A DNA stretch of 64,000 nucleotides from Octopus sinensis (Eukaryota): contig NC_043026.1 of assembly GCF_006345805.1 (NCBI RefSeq), positions 7,812,001 to 7,876,000 of the forward strand. The letters are read 5' to 3'. The notes beneath the pieces were generated by a model, which worked only from the letters and a program-made list of their open reading frames with translations, did not search any database and was not told the DNA's origin. A program made the translations under genes and the position numbers. This document shows positions 23,583 through 35,812 of the stretch, in pieces (positions within the stretch are counted from its first letter, which is position 1; every line of letters starts with the position of its first letter).

Positions 23583-25259
23583 GTATACAATGCAGGACCT
23601 GAAATTTAAACCTTATCTTTCTCTTTTACATCTCAAATAGGGCATCAAATAGAGGAGGTGTTGAGTGTAGAACCAAACCTTGGGCAACCCATCTGAAGGA
23701 ATGACAAGTCCTTAATAAAAATGCTGGGGTTGATATCTTCTCTAGTGTTGCATGATAAAATACACAACATCCTTCCAATCACGCTGTAAATTGGTTGGTG
23801 ACAGGAAGAGCATCCACCTGTAAAATGATGTGACAACATAAAGAGGGACAGTTTTTTGTTTGTTATAGTGCTTAGCAGGGGACAAAAGACTAACAAGTGG
23901 CTGAGAGACTGTTTTCTGTCTTTGTGGTGGGTAAGGATGACTATATCATCAAATGTGTCTGTTTCTTATTTAAGGTGTGATGTGAAGATTTGGCTGTTGT
24001 TTTTGGCGGCTCTTGCTGCCATGTAGAGGTTTCTCTTGTTGGATCATACATATGCACACACACAGGATGGGATTTGAGGGAGATTTGGCTGCTATTTCTT
24101 GCAGATTTGGCTTCCATATAGAGGTCTCCTTCATTGGTTGAAATTGTCAGATTACCTGCAGACTGGTGTCCTCGCCCTGAGCACATGTATCTCTCAGTTT
24201 GTTTGTATTGTTTTCAATATTTTACATAACTCTACTGTCTGTCAATCTGCCACTCTGCAGTATCGTGTGAGTGTACCCTGAGGTGGACTCCTCACTCATC
24301 TGTTAATATTGTGGGATCTAGGTCTCTGCAGGGGGTTGACATTAAATATGAATTCTTTAGTGATTGTGTATGGCAGTGAAACAAGAAGAAAGGATCCAAC
24401 TGTTGATGATGACATCAATGATGATTTCCTCCTTATAAATCCTGCCCTGCTTCTGTGTCACCAAGGCTGGTCAACAAAGAACATTCATAATTCATAATCT
24501 TTGTTTAATATCCCCCACCATGACCTTGGCTGCCTTCAAGGGAGGACAGACAGTTTTTTCAGCGTTTTGACCAAGTCTCTTGGTCCAGTTCTTCCTCCAC
24601 CCCATCCAATTACCAGTTTCAGGGCTCTGCAAAGCAGTTCATCACTGGAATCATCATTGTCCATTGACCCATGGCTGCTTGATTGGAATTTTTAGAGAAG
24701 TCTACAGCCCGATGCCCTTCCTGTCCTTTATCCCTTCCAACAAACAGGGACACAGTGTATCATTCTTAAATCTGAGCTAAGTCCTTTTATATTTCTAAAG
24801 CAGGATGTCCTTTCTGTCATCAGTTCCTTTGCAAAGTGTATTGAGTGCATTTTATTATGGCACCAGCACTAGTGAGGTTTCTTTGTCCTCATTTATTCAC
24901 CAATTCCAGACAACTAATCTTACACCCAACAACTTGTCCAAATTGCCCTCTAATGTGTTGACCCAAGTCCACCCTGTGAATGGTATAGCTTCATGAACAG
25001 CCATGTCCAGCAGTCACAGATGATGTGTCTTTAGGTTTGGTGTTGCTGCAGCTGGACGGCTGCATTTGATCCCAAGCTGGTTTAAAATGTTACTCTCTGC
25101 TGTAGGTGCAACTTGATCCCATCTGCCAGACAAAACACCCTTGCATGCACCTAGCATCACAAACTCTTTAGCTTTTAAACTGGCCAAATCCAGCCAAAAT
25201 ATTCCGCCTGTTTTATGCGCAAACTGACCAGATTTGGTCTCTCACACCAACTCTACAAT

Positions 25260-25740
25260 ATCATCATCTGTTTTCCAGGCTGGCATGGGTTTGATAGTTT
25301 GACTGAGAACTGGTAAACTGGGTAGTTGCACCAGGTTCCAATCTGATATGGCATGGTTTCTACAGCTGGATGCCCTTCCTAATGCCAACCACTCCAAGAG
25401 TGTAATGGGTGCTTTTTATGTGCCACCGGCATGGGTGCAGCTATGTGACACCAGCATTGGCTTTGACTATGAACTCACTTGGTTTGACAAGACTTCTCAA
25501 GCATGGTACATTGCCCTGGTCTTGGTCACCTGTCACTGCTCCCATGAGGTTCAACACTCAAACAGTGCTTTTTATATACCACCGACATGGATACCAGTCA
25601 CATGACACTGGCATTGAACACAACTATGATTTCACTTGGCTTGACAGGTCTTCTCAAGCACAGCTTATCACCAAAAGTCTTGGTCACTTGTCATTGCCTC
25701 TGTGAGGCCAAACATTCGAAGATCATGTTTCACTCCATGT
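25260..25740 (-). mobile_element. RTE LINE 3' UTR fragment
   Basis: ctacagctggatgcccttcctaatgccaacca motif and ggtgctttttatgtgccacc repeats shared with the 12200 copy; similar tails at ~19050, 33270, 44620, 51480, 52190(-), 56240(-). Confidence 0.75.
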
Positions 25741-26586
25741 CCCATTCTAAAAATTAAGTTACCCCATAAGGATATCAAAGCCATGAGATAATGCACGATT
25801 AATTGAAAATGGTGTGAATAAATAAGCATAGCATTTGACAGAATAATGTAAATGTTAAAGGGTTAAATAGGGTTGGGTGAGAAAACAAGGGTTTACTGCT
25901 GTAATCCTCCAGGTTACTCACCTAAAAAAATCTAGTATTTCTCTGCTCTCGCATCCACTGGCTGTGACTACTGTTGACCTTTAAGTTTGCAAGTATCTTT
26001 TCGCAAGTCTCTGTCTTCTTTGGAATCCAAGATGGATGTGTGCTGATGTTTACTGGCTGATATCACTTCTCTGGCTGTCGACTTTCTACCACAGACAACA
26101 CCATCCCAAAATGGGGAGATCTGTGACTGGAGACTTCTTTCTACTAAAGTTTTTTCTCCTTGAAAATTATAATACAAATCCGATATGATCTACAAGTACA
26201 CTATGTATGTGTCTATATAATAATAGTTAAATAATGTTAGGGGTTTACATGGGCTAGGGCCACCACTGTGTGAGGGGTGAAGTGTTCTTGAACTGTGGGT
26301 GTTTTCAGCAGAAGCTTTCATTGGACACTGTGAGGGAGCCAATGTGTGGTAGGAAATGGGAAGTCAGGGAAGGCGAGGGAGAAAAGAATTGAGTATAGAG
26401 GGGTTACGGTTAAGGTTTAAAAATTAGGGGCAGGTACGAGTAAGGATGCTATAAATGCTGTAGGAAAAAAAAAATTAAAGCAGGAATTGTAGAATGAAGG
26501 AGAGGCTGAGTGTAAGTGAATGGTGGTAGGCTATGGGTTGGCAACCATTCACTGTTTCTATAATGCAGCATTGTTTTTCATTTCAG

Positions 26587-26640
26587 GATCCTGTGAACCT
26601 TCACAAGAAATTCATCACAGAATGTTACAACAGACTGGAG
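26587..26640 (+). CDS. USP24: USP24 exon (DPVNLHKKFITECYNRLE)
   Basis: tttcag acceptor, GAG|gttagt donor, 54 nt. Confidence 0.94.
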
Positions 26641-26867
26641 GTTAGTAAAGTCCATTGTTCAGTGAGATGTTTTGTGACAGGGTTCTATGCAAACTGGCCT
26701 TGTCTTTTTCTGTGGTGGTGGTCGTGAGGAAGTCAGGATGGTGAATTGTTGAAGTGTTGAGTGGAAGCAGTAATCAACGTTAAGGACCACTGCTGTATAA
26801 CTTTGGTTAATTAATCTGTAATGAATTTAATGTAAAACTAACAAGAGTTGCTATTGTGTTATTTCAG

Positions 26868-26980
26868 GTGGCCCGGATAGGAATTGGTGGCTCCGCCCTG
26901 GGCCAAGTGATACTCAGTGCCACTAAAATACTAACTGCTGTCATTGTACCAGATGTCGCGTCTGGGACTGTACCATCCAA
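26868..26980 (+). CDS. USP24: USP24 exon (VARIGIGGSALGQV...SATKILTA...VPS)
   Basis: tttcag acceptor, AA|gtaagt donor, 113 nt, phase 0-2; matches the LGG..L..AV..ATKMLTA motif. Confidence 0.92.
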
Positions 26981-27012
26981 GTAAGTCAGAAAATTTTACT
27001 CTTCCACTCCCC

Positions 27013-27128
27013 CTCTGCTCCACTCCACTTCTGCTCCACTCTACCTCTGTTCCACCCCATCTCTGCTCCACTCCACTTCTGCTCCACTCTACCTCTGATC
27101 CACCCCATCTCTGCTCCACTCCACCCCA
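27013..27128. repeat. C/T-rich minisatellite, 48-nt higher-order unit of three 16-nt subunits (~2.4 copies)
   Basis: ctctgctccactccac-ttctgctccactctac-ctctg(t/a)tccaccccat at 27013-27060 and 27061-27108, then a partial copy. Confidence 0.9.
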
Positions 27129-28169
27129 CCACTGATCCTCTCCACCATAATTATTTCAAGGTTTCTCTATTGTCTTTCATATTTCCCATGTTGAAATCTT
27201 TCCAAGAACTCTTCAGATTTCCATGTCATTGAGTTCCTCGGTGCCTTCACTGCCCCATTGTGTAACGCTGTGGGCAAGTGCCTTCCCCTTCAAGCCCTGG
27301 GTCAACCAAAGCCTTCTGAGTGCATTTGCTGCCTGTGTTTGTATATAGCCAAAGGTTTGGGTATCTGGCATACAAATCCAAGTTCGTGAGTTCAATACCC
27401 AGCAGCGCATCGTGTCCTTAAGTGAGACACTTTATTTCACTTTATTGCTCCAGTCCAATCAGCTGGCAAATTATGAGTTGTACCTGTAATTCACAAGGGC
27501 CAGCCTAGTCGCATTCTGTGTCACACTGAATCTCCCTCAGAACAATGTTAAGGATATGTATGTCGGTGGAGCACTCAGCCACTTGCATGTCAATTACAAG
27601 CAAGCTGTTTTGTTGTTCAGCTCAGCTGAAACCCTCATTGCTGTAACCGATGGTGGACCACTTAGATATATATAAATAATATTGTGATACAATGATGCAC
27701 CAATATTTACTGGAAATAGCAGTAGAGTATAAAATACCTATTTCTTTCTACCCACAAGGGACTAAACACAGAGAGGACAAACAGATTAAGTCGATTACAT
27801 CGACTCCAGTGTGTAACTGGTACTTAATTTAATCGACCCTGAAAAGGATGAAAGGCAAAGTTGACCTCAGCAGAATTTGAGCTCAGAATGTAACAGCAGA
27901 CGAAATACTGCTAAGCATTTCGCCCGGCATGCTAACGTTTCTGCCAGCTCGTCACTTGCTAAAATCACAGCCAATGCTCCAAAAACATTATTATAAGGCT
28001 AGCCACCTTATTAATGTTATTAATAATGGTAATAATTCTTCTTTATATATATATATATATATATATATAATTATTATTTGAGGGAATAAAATCCAAACTT
28101 ACAAGGAAAAAAAATTCAATTTAGAAATACTAAATCAAATTTCACACAATATAATATATATATATATAT

Positions 28170-28375
28170 ATATAGTTAATCCAAACATGAAAACACAAAG
28201 AGAAAACACAACACGAGGACGTGGAACAAGTATAGTATTATTGGACACTCAGGAAAGAAGGTGGTTTAACGTTTCAAGCGTAGCTCTTTGTCAGAAACAT
28301 AGGAAAAGGAAAGATCCAAAGAAGGGAAGACGGAGGAAAAAAAATCGTCAACGGTACACACGCGGTCACATTTTG
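28170..28375 (-). mobile_element. Short Penelope-like terminal-repeat element with a hammerhead-like motif
   Basis: Minus strand GTTT-CTGACAA-A-GAGC-tac-GCTT-GAAA-CG-TT-AAAC (28264-28298); flanked by (TA)n; same family as 61530-61750. Confidence 0.65.
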
Positions 28376-28376
28376 A

Positions 28377-28432
<56 letters not shown>

Positions 28433-28615
28433 GTTTAGTAAAGAAAGATATTGCTCTTTCCAGGGATGTCTTACATCCAAGCTTCCTCTGGTTCATCCAT
28501 GTATCTTTGAATTTACTGTAATTTGATTCTGTAGTCTTGTTATTAGTGTTTAATATACACTTAGTACTACATACATTATGGAGTTGATTTGGCTGTATTC
28601 AAATTCTCTATTTTA

Positions 28616-28647
<32 letters not shown>

Positions 28648-29253
28648 ATATGCTTAGAAGCGATGCAGATTAGCAGTTTTTTGATTTGAGTTGAATAGAA
28701 CAGACTTTCTGAAATCTTTGTCTGAGTCCCCGTCTAAATGGAGTCAGAACAGGCTACCTTGTGCTGGCCTCAAGTCGTATCAATTATAACAATGACATCA
28801 GACCAAATAATATTTTGAGTGATTTCAAAATATTGTTATTTAGTTTTGACTTCATTACATATATATATATATGTATATGTATGTGTGTGTATGCACACAC
28901 ACTCACACACACACGCGTGTGTATGTGTCCATCTTCTTTTGTCCAGACATTAGTGAGGGTTAGTGACAGGATGGGCATCCACCTGTAGAAAGTCTGCCTC
29001 AATAAATTCTGTCTGATCCATGCAAACATGGAAAAATGGACATTAAACCAGCCAGTGATGATGGTGATGAGTTGATCAACCTTCATATTCCAGTGAATGT
29101 GTGTTGCTGTCTTATTTCTATTTGAATTGATTAACTTTAACTTTTCATTAACAGATAATGAGTGTGTGCTCAATATTGCAGAACACTTTGTGTTCATAGA
29201 ATTGTGTGGAATGTTCAACTTTAAGAATTTTCTATTTTCTGCCTCTTTCTCAG

Positions 29254-29331
29254 CTGTGCCAATAAAACTGACCAGAATCCAGTCACAGTTGAAACCAGGC
29301 GGCCCCCCTCCCGGGACCCCATTTACTTCCG
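29254..29331 (+). CDS. USP24: Candidate symmetric cassette exon of USP24 ((N)CANKTDQNPVTVETRRPPSRDPIYF(R))
   Basis: Pyrimidine tract plus tctcag acceptor, CG|gtatgt donor, 78 nt, phase 2-2, open in the gene frame, GC-richer than its flanks; no counterpart recalled in human USP24. Confidence 0.65.
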
Positions 29332-30639
29332 GTATGTAAGAAAACTTTTGGCTTTTTTTCCACTTGGCTGATAAGCCTTTAGCATTTCAGCCACCCATAT
29401 CCAGCTGAAATATTCTGTTTTATCTTCAGACTGGCCAGATCTAGCCTCTCCCACCTACCTTGCAATGTCGTTTTAAAAACAAGCAATCACAACTTTGAAA
29501 CCTTCCAGTTTAAAAATAAATAAAGTTGTGGCAGATACTGGAGTCATGCGACTGACACCCGTGCCCGTGGCGCATAAAAGCACCCATTACACTCTTGGAG
29601 TGGTTGGTGTTACGAAGAACATCCAACCTTAGAAACCATGCCAAATACTTGGCTTCTTCAAAGCAAATCAATTCACATTGTCTGCGTACAATCGGTCAAA
29701 GAAGCAGTGAAAATTTACCATGATTTTCAAGGATTCTCCTTTTGAGGTCCCTGGGTGAATGAATGCATTGAATCACAAATATATATATGTATGTATGGAA
29801 GACATAGATAGAAACACACACACACACACACACATCTATGAACCTCTGCAGCTAACAACAAACCCCAAGAACTGTCTTGAGTTAAACAAAAGAGTCTTGT
29901 CACTTGGTCTGTGACTGGCTTTGATTCTGCCAAAGAGAAAAGAATTCCAAATTAATCCCAAAACAAACCACACACAGAAACACACATCTTTTACTTGCTT
30001 GTCATTAGACTATGGCCATGCTGGTGCAATACCTTGAAGAATTTTAGATGGACAAATTAATCCTCAGACTTTTTTTTTTATTAAGCCTGGTACTTATTTT
30101 ATCAGTCTCTTTTGGTGAACTACTAAGTTACAAGGACAGAAACACACCAATACCAGTTGTCAAGTGGTGGTTGTGGTCAAACACACACACATATATGTAT
30201 GTATATACAGTCGGCTTCTTTCAGTTTCCATCTACCAAACTCACTCACAAGGCTTTGGTCGGCCCAGTAGAAAACACCTACCCCAGGTGCCATGCAGTGA
30301 GACTGAACTCATGCAGCTTCTTACCACATAACCACATCTGTGTCTTGTAAGTATTCTCTCTGCTGAGTGGTTGGCATTATAGGAAGGGCATCAAGTTGTA
30401 AAAATCCTGCCACAACTGTCACGGAAGTCTGGTGCAGGCTTGTGCCTGGCCATCTCTTGTGCTACTGTCCCACCCATGCTAGCATGGAAAGCAGACATTA
30501 AACAACGATGATCCTGTATATAAATACATATACGAATATATACCCTCATCCATATATTTTAGTTTTGGTGGTGATACTAATCATATTAGAACAAACTGTA
30601 GGCTGTAATGTGATTTGAACCTGTGTTTGTGTTTTGTAG

Positions 30640-30817
30640 ACCAGTGAAGCTGCTGAACATAGAACGTTTATTGTGGATAGCTGAGGCGTACATCCTAAAC
30701 GTGGAGGAGGTCCATGTAAGTCCGCGCAGTATCCTACCCCATGGGACTTCATTCCAGGGTCAACAGATTAATCTATTCATCTCATCAGAATTACAGAAGC
30801 AAGAGTTTGTCTTGATG
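30640..30817 (+). CDS. USP24: USP24 exon (PVKLLNIERLLWIAE...ILPHGTSFQG...EFVLM)
   Basis: tgtag acceptor, ATG|gtcagt donor, 178 nt, phase 2-0. Confidence 0.94.
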
Positions 30818-31730
30818 GTCAGTATTGATGCCAGCCCTTTTTTTCCCCCCTTACATCTCTCTATGTTTGTCCCTCTATTTCTTCTTGCATGTCTCTAGCT
30901 CCCCCCTCCTTTGTTACTCTTCTCTACCCCCACCCAATCTCCTCACATCCCCTAACCCACCCTCTGTCTCTTCCTGCTCTTTCCCGCCTTCCCTCCCTCC
31001 CTCCTCTCCGTATTCCTCTCTGCCCTTATTACCCCCCTGTCCTCCACCTCTCTCGCCATTTCCTGCCCTTTTTCTCTCTCTTCACTCAACCACTGGACCA
31101 TTCTCATTTCTCGTATGTAACTTCCTCTTCTGCTCTCTCTCTTCATCATCTTCCTCATCATTATCGTCCTCAATATTCTTAATGTCCACTTTCCCACAAT
31201 TCCTTCTGTCAGATGCCCTTTCTCTCACCAACCTTCACCTGTTTCCAGGTGAGATAATGATGCTTCGCTTCTTCATCTGAACACAAACAGCACAGTGGCA
31301 GGCATGCTTCCAAGGAAGATTGTCAATGGTTTGTGTGATGACGACATTCATTTACGATCATCACAGGGTGTCCAAACGAAATCACACGCACACACACGAT
31401 TGCCTTCTTTCAGTCTCTGCCTTCCAAATTCACTTACAAAGCCTGGGTGACAGTAAGAAATGCTTGCCCTTGGTGCCGTACCATGGGATTGAACACAGCC
31501 ATAAAGTTTTGAAGTAAATATACCTGCATCTGTTTATTTGGCTGCTGCCATGCTGGAGCACCGCCATGAAGGGTTTTAGTCAAACAAATCAACCCCAGGA
31601 CTTATTTCTTAAGTCTGATACTTATTCGCCAAACTGCTAAGTTACAGGGACATAAACACAACAACACTAGTTGTCAAGCAGTAATGGAGAGTCAGACACG
31701 AAGATGCACACACACACACACACACGTGTG

Positions 31731-31786
<56 letters not shown>

Positions 31787-32598
31787 GAGCTTCTTTTGGT
31801 GGTTTCTGTCTAACAAAACCACTCACTGGGCTTTGGTTGGCCCGAGGCTATAGTAGAAGACACATGGCCAAGGTGCCATGCTGTGGAACAGAACCCAGAA
31901 CCATGTAGTTGGTAAGCAAGCTTCTTACCACACAGCCACTCCTCTGCTTATTGATTGTTTGTATTTGCTCTCAATGATTGTTGCTGTGATTCCTGTCAAC
32001 AAATTGTCTGCTCACTTCATATTTTCATTGATGTCTGAAATGAAGCTCCTTACTTGAAAAACTTGTAAGGGTTACCAACAGGGAGAGCATCCATCTCTAA
32101 AACAGACCCTCATAATATATTCATCTAATCTCTGCAAGCTTAGCAAAACTGACATAAGTTGTAGAACAACACAAGTGTGGCTGTATGAAACTCCCTTCCA
32201 TGCCATAAATGGCTTCAGAGACCTTAACCCTCCCTACTTGACCCTGTGAACAATTTCTAAGGTAACAGCATGTACCCAGCACTGTCACTATGCACGCCGT
32301 CATAACCCGGGAATGGTATTGGAGGGGGACATCAGACATACATCTCTTGAAGAACCCTTACCACTTCAGGCTGCCCTTAAGGACTTGGAGGGAGGTGACC
32401 CTTATGCACAGTGGTCTTATTACTGCTATTAACTTTGAATAAGAGTTGATTCACACTTTGAGGGTTTGACCTACACGTCACTCTACTCAAGCAGATGAAT
32501 TTGAAAGAATCATGATGGTAGCGATGGTTTCAATCTCCAAAGATGTGGTTAAGAGTCCAAAGGGAAATATTAATTGTAAAATTGTCCTCAAGTTTCAT

Positions 32599-32724
32599 CA
32601 TGCATTAATCTCCATGCAGTAATCTTCATACATTAATCTTTGTGTTTTAGTTTTCATGTGTTAATCTTTGTACGTTATTCTTCATGCATTAATTTTCATA
32701 TGTTAATCTTCTTGCATTAATCTC
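32599..32724. repeat. 14-nt minisatellite x9 (consensus catgcattaatctt) abutting a 3' splice site
   Basis: Nine degenerate 14-mers followed directly by tatctgtag and the exon at 32734. Confidence 0.88.
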
Positions 32725-32733
32725 TATCTGTAG

Positions 32734-32832
32734 AGCCATAGTAATGAAATGTTAGCGTTGGTGAGGATCAAGATTGCCAACCATCTCCGACAGTTTGCTG
32801 ATCAAATTCAGATTTATGCAAATGAGAAACTT
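32734..32832 (+). CDS. USP24: USP24 exon (SHSNEMLALVRIKIA...IYANEKL), ubiquitin-like region
   Basis: ctgtag acceptor, CTT|gtaagt donor, 99 nt; matches the HSNET...VR.KIA motif. Confidence 0.93.
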
Positions 32833-34114
32833 GTAAGTAAACTGTTTTAGCTTATTTCTTTTTTTATAGTTTGTGTTGTTACTTTGTTTTTTGGTAATTT
32901 ACACAATTGTTCTGCATTTTGTGTGGTTTGGTGTGGAAATGGTGGGGTCTATCTTCCAGTCACCTCAGTGATAATGTCTCCCTCACCAGTATCATGCTAA
33001 AAAAGCAAAAACCCTGTATTGAAACTCCAGCTGGCTGCAACCCTGGTCCTTGACACCTCCTTCACTCACTCTCTTTTGTTATTCTCTAACTTGTTTTCCT
33101 TTTCTTTTCCAACTGGGATATCCCTGTATCTACTCTACAAGACACTTATCCTTGTCCCAACTCTACTTTGTCCCCTTGCAACTGGCACAAAGCCACCCCT
33201 GCTTCAATACTGCTCCCCTCTCCTAGCCAAGGAGTTTTGTCCTGCAAGTGTTTGATGACCCCATTGGTGCTGGTGCTCTATAAAAAGCAACTCAGTCCAC
33301 TCTGTAAAGTGGTTGGTGTTAGGAAGGGCATCCAGCCTTAGAAACCCTGCCAAAACAGGCAATGGGACCTGGTGTGGATCCCAGCCTTACCAGCTCCTGT
33401 CAAACTATCCAACCCATACTAGCATGGAAAAACGGATGTTAAATGATGATGATGATGGTGACTTATGTCTTGATTAGTCAAATAATTAACACCAATAATA
33501 TGTGACATGATTTATTTAATGGTTTTGTCAGATGAGGAACCACGGCATCAGCCATCCCTTTTATAGGGATTCCAGGAGAGAGAGACAAGCAAAGGGGAAA
33601 TCACCTCATCCGTAAATTATTGAGGAACTGCTGTCAATGTTTGTTGTTGGACTCCACTGATGGCATCAAAAGCAGAGTGGTGTATTGTGTCCCATCCTAT
33701 CTGATGGGGTTGATTTTAGCCACAAGCCCTTGCTTGGTGGTTTGGGGCTAGGGTACAAATCACTTGCCCAGTCTGCTATAAGCTTTATCAACTCAACACA
33801 GTGGGACAAGGCTGGCCCTTTAGATTAAGTCACATTCCTTCTGAAGGGCTTCTCTTTAGTTTCCCTCTACTCAAGGCTATGATAAAGTCACTTGCTTCAA
33901 GTGCCATGTAATGAGATTGAACTGTGAACCTTGTGGCTGGGAAGCAAACATGTTAACCAGTCAATCATGTCTACAGCCACCCAGTAACATAAACCATTCG
34001 TCAATCAGTTTGCAGGCTTGAGTCTATCTGCTGGCTCCCCCCTCCCCCTGCTCCCTCGTTAATCTGTCTTGTTTCTCTAAACAACTTTAACAAACTTTGT
34101 CATTGATTTTCCAG

Positions 34115-34231
34115 TTGAACTGTAACAAGGACCAGAAACTGCTGCATCAATTAGACTTTGAAGACAACCAGATTCTGCAAGTGCGTATCTGCTCCGCCAG
34201 TAACGCTGCATCAACCAACCAGGTGAAAGAA
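34115..34231 (+). CDS. USP24: USP24 exon (LNCNKDQKLLHQLDF...TNQVKE)
   Basis: ttccag acceptor, GAA|gtaagt donor, 117 nt; an alternative in-frame donor CAG|gtgaaa follows 34222. Confidence 0.9.
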
Positions 34232-35785
34232 GTAAGTGTGGATTACTGAATGTGCTTTGGAGGTGGGGGTGGGGTGCTGTTAATTCTGCACCCCTGCCGT
34301 CACCTCCATTATCATGACAGCTTCTTCCACCACAAGAATACCCTCTCCTCCTGCACAACCACCACCACACACAACCTATTCCCTCTCTCCTCCCACTCCA
34401 TACACACTTCTATGAATTAGGACCTGTTAGAAATGATTCTGTTTCTTAGAAGAAATTATTGGTCAATTTCAGATTAAGGTCTTTGATTTAACCCCTATTC
34501 TATAAATACAAGGTTTCTGGAATAAATGTTGAGATAAATTTTTCAATATTTTACAATATAATTTATATTTCATGTTGAATTCCCTTCAATTTTAGATTCC
34601 AACAAGGTTTTAAACTCCTTGAGACCACCCCTGGTTGTATAATACAAACTTGCTGTTTTAAAAAGTGCTTAATCAAAACCTGCTTCCATCAAAATTTCAT
34701 GTCAATTTATGTTCCAAAAATCAGATTATTTTGCTAATTTCTTCATTAATTAATTAATTAAACCAAAGACAGCATATGTTAAGAACAAGGTTAATCTGAA
34801 AAACAAAGGTTTATGTATCTAATTAAGTTTGTGTCTGTTAAAACGGTCATTTGTTAAGTTTCAGTGTTCAATCATTAATGTTTAATTTTGATGGATTTTA
34901 CTGTTTTGAGTCATCAAAGACGTTTTTGATTTTCTTTCACATTTTTATATTTTGTTTCTTTTGTAATTTACAACTTTTGATAAAAACGGTTTTTTTTTAG
35001 TCAAGTATTGTTTGTAACTTCCTCAATAGATGAAGCTTAGCTGTCACTCACAAATGACTTTGACTGGAGGAGGGGTAGATCACTAATTTTTTTTAGGGCC
35101 TTTGTAGTTACAAGCGGATATAGACACCATCTTGGCCCTCATCCACTTAATACTGCAGATCATTGAAGATGTGACAGGTGGAAGATGAGAGAGAGAGCTG
35201 CACCAACACTTGGCTGGTACACATTTACAGCTGAATAGACTGGACTAATGTCAAATGAAGAGCCTTGCTCAAGGACATAGCATGTTGCCCTGGTCTAGAA
35301 ATGAACCTGTGGTTTTGTGATTGTGAACCCGCTACCCTAACCACTAGGCCAGGTGTTGCCTTTAATGAAAATATAAAAGAAGCCATCACAACACAGTTGT
35401 GGCCTTTTAAAACCTTAATTGGTCCAGGTGCTAAAAAATGGCCAGGTGACTTATATTGGCCATATATGTTGTGTGTTTTTATTTAATATAAGGAACATAT
35501 AATTAGTTTAATTAGAAATGGAAGAGATGGAGAAGTCAAAGATTGCGTATCTCAATTTCGTTGGCCATTGGTCAGCCAGTTTTGTCATTACTCCCTATCA
35601 TCTGAAAATTACATCTTGTTGGCTTGTGGAAATCTATGCCCTCCGCAACGCTGCTCTAATGTGACAAGATTGTGATGTAGGATTGACTGTAATCAAGTTA
35701 TTTCTTGAAATAATTGGAGTAGCTCCAACTGGGGTTTGAACTTGTAAACCTCTTACTCACTCTGTACTCTCTTTAATCTTTCCAG

Positions 35786-35812
35786 ATTCAAGAATGTCTA
35801 CGACTTGACCAG
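35786..35812 (+). CDS. USP24: Candidate 27-nt microexon of USP24 (IQECLRLDQ)
   Basis: Strong branch and pyrimidine tract (ctcactctgtactctctttaatctttccag), CAG|gtaaac donor, phase 0-0, open frame. Confidence 0.6.

Noticed and set aside
30716-30721. gtaagt inside exon 30640-30817 (also at ~45287 in exon 45254-45445) as real donors
   Set aside because: USP24 homology continues in frame past both sites to the downstream donors; they are best treated as exonic Val-Ser codons.
31215-31255. Pyrimidine tract plus ccag|gtgag as a recursive splice site
   Set aside because: It lies in a common repeat-like motif (tgccctt..tcaccaacc.tcacctgtttcca), the intron is only ~1.9 kb, and there is no independent support.
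30825-31280. 151-aa Pro/Ser/Leu-rich ORF
   Set aside because: Translation of a low-complexity C/T-rich intronic tract with no splice or homology support.
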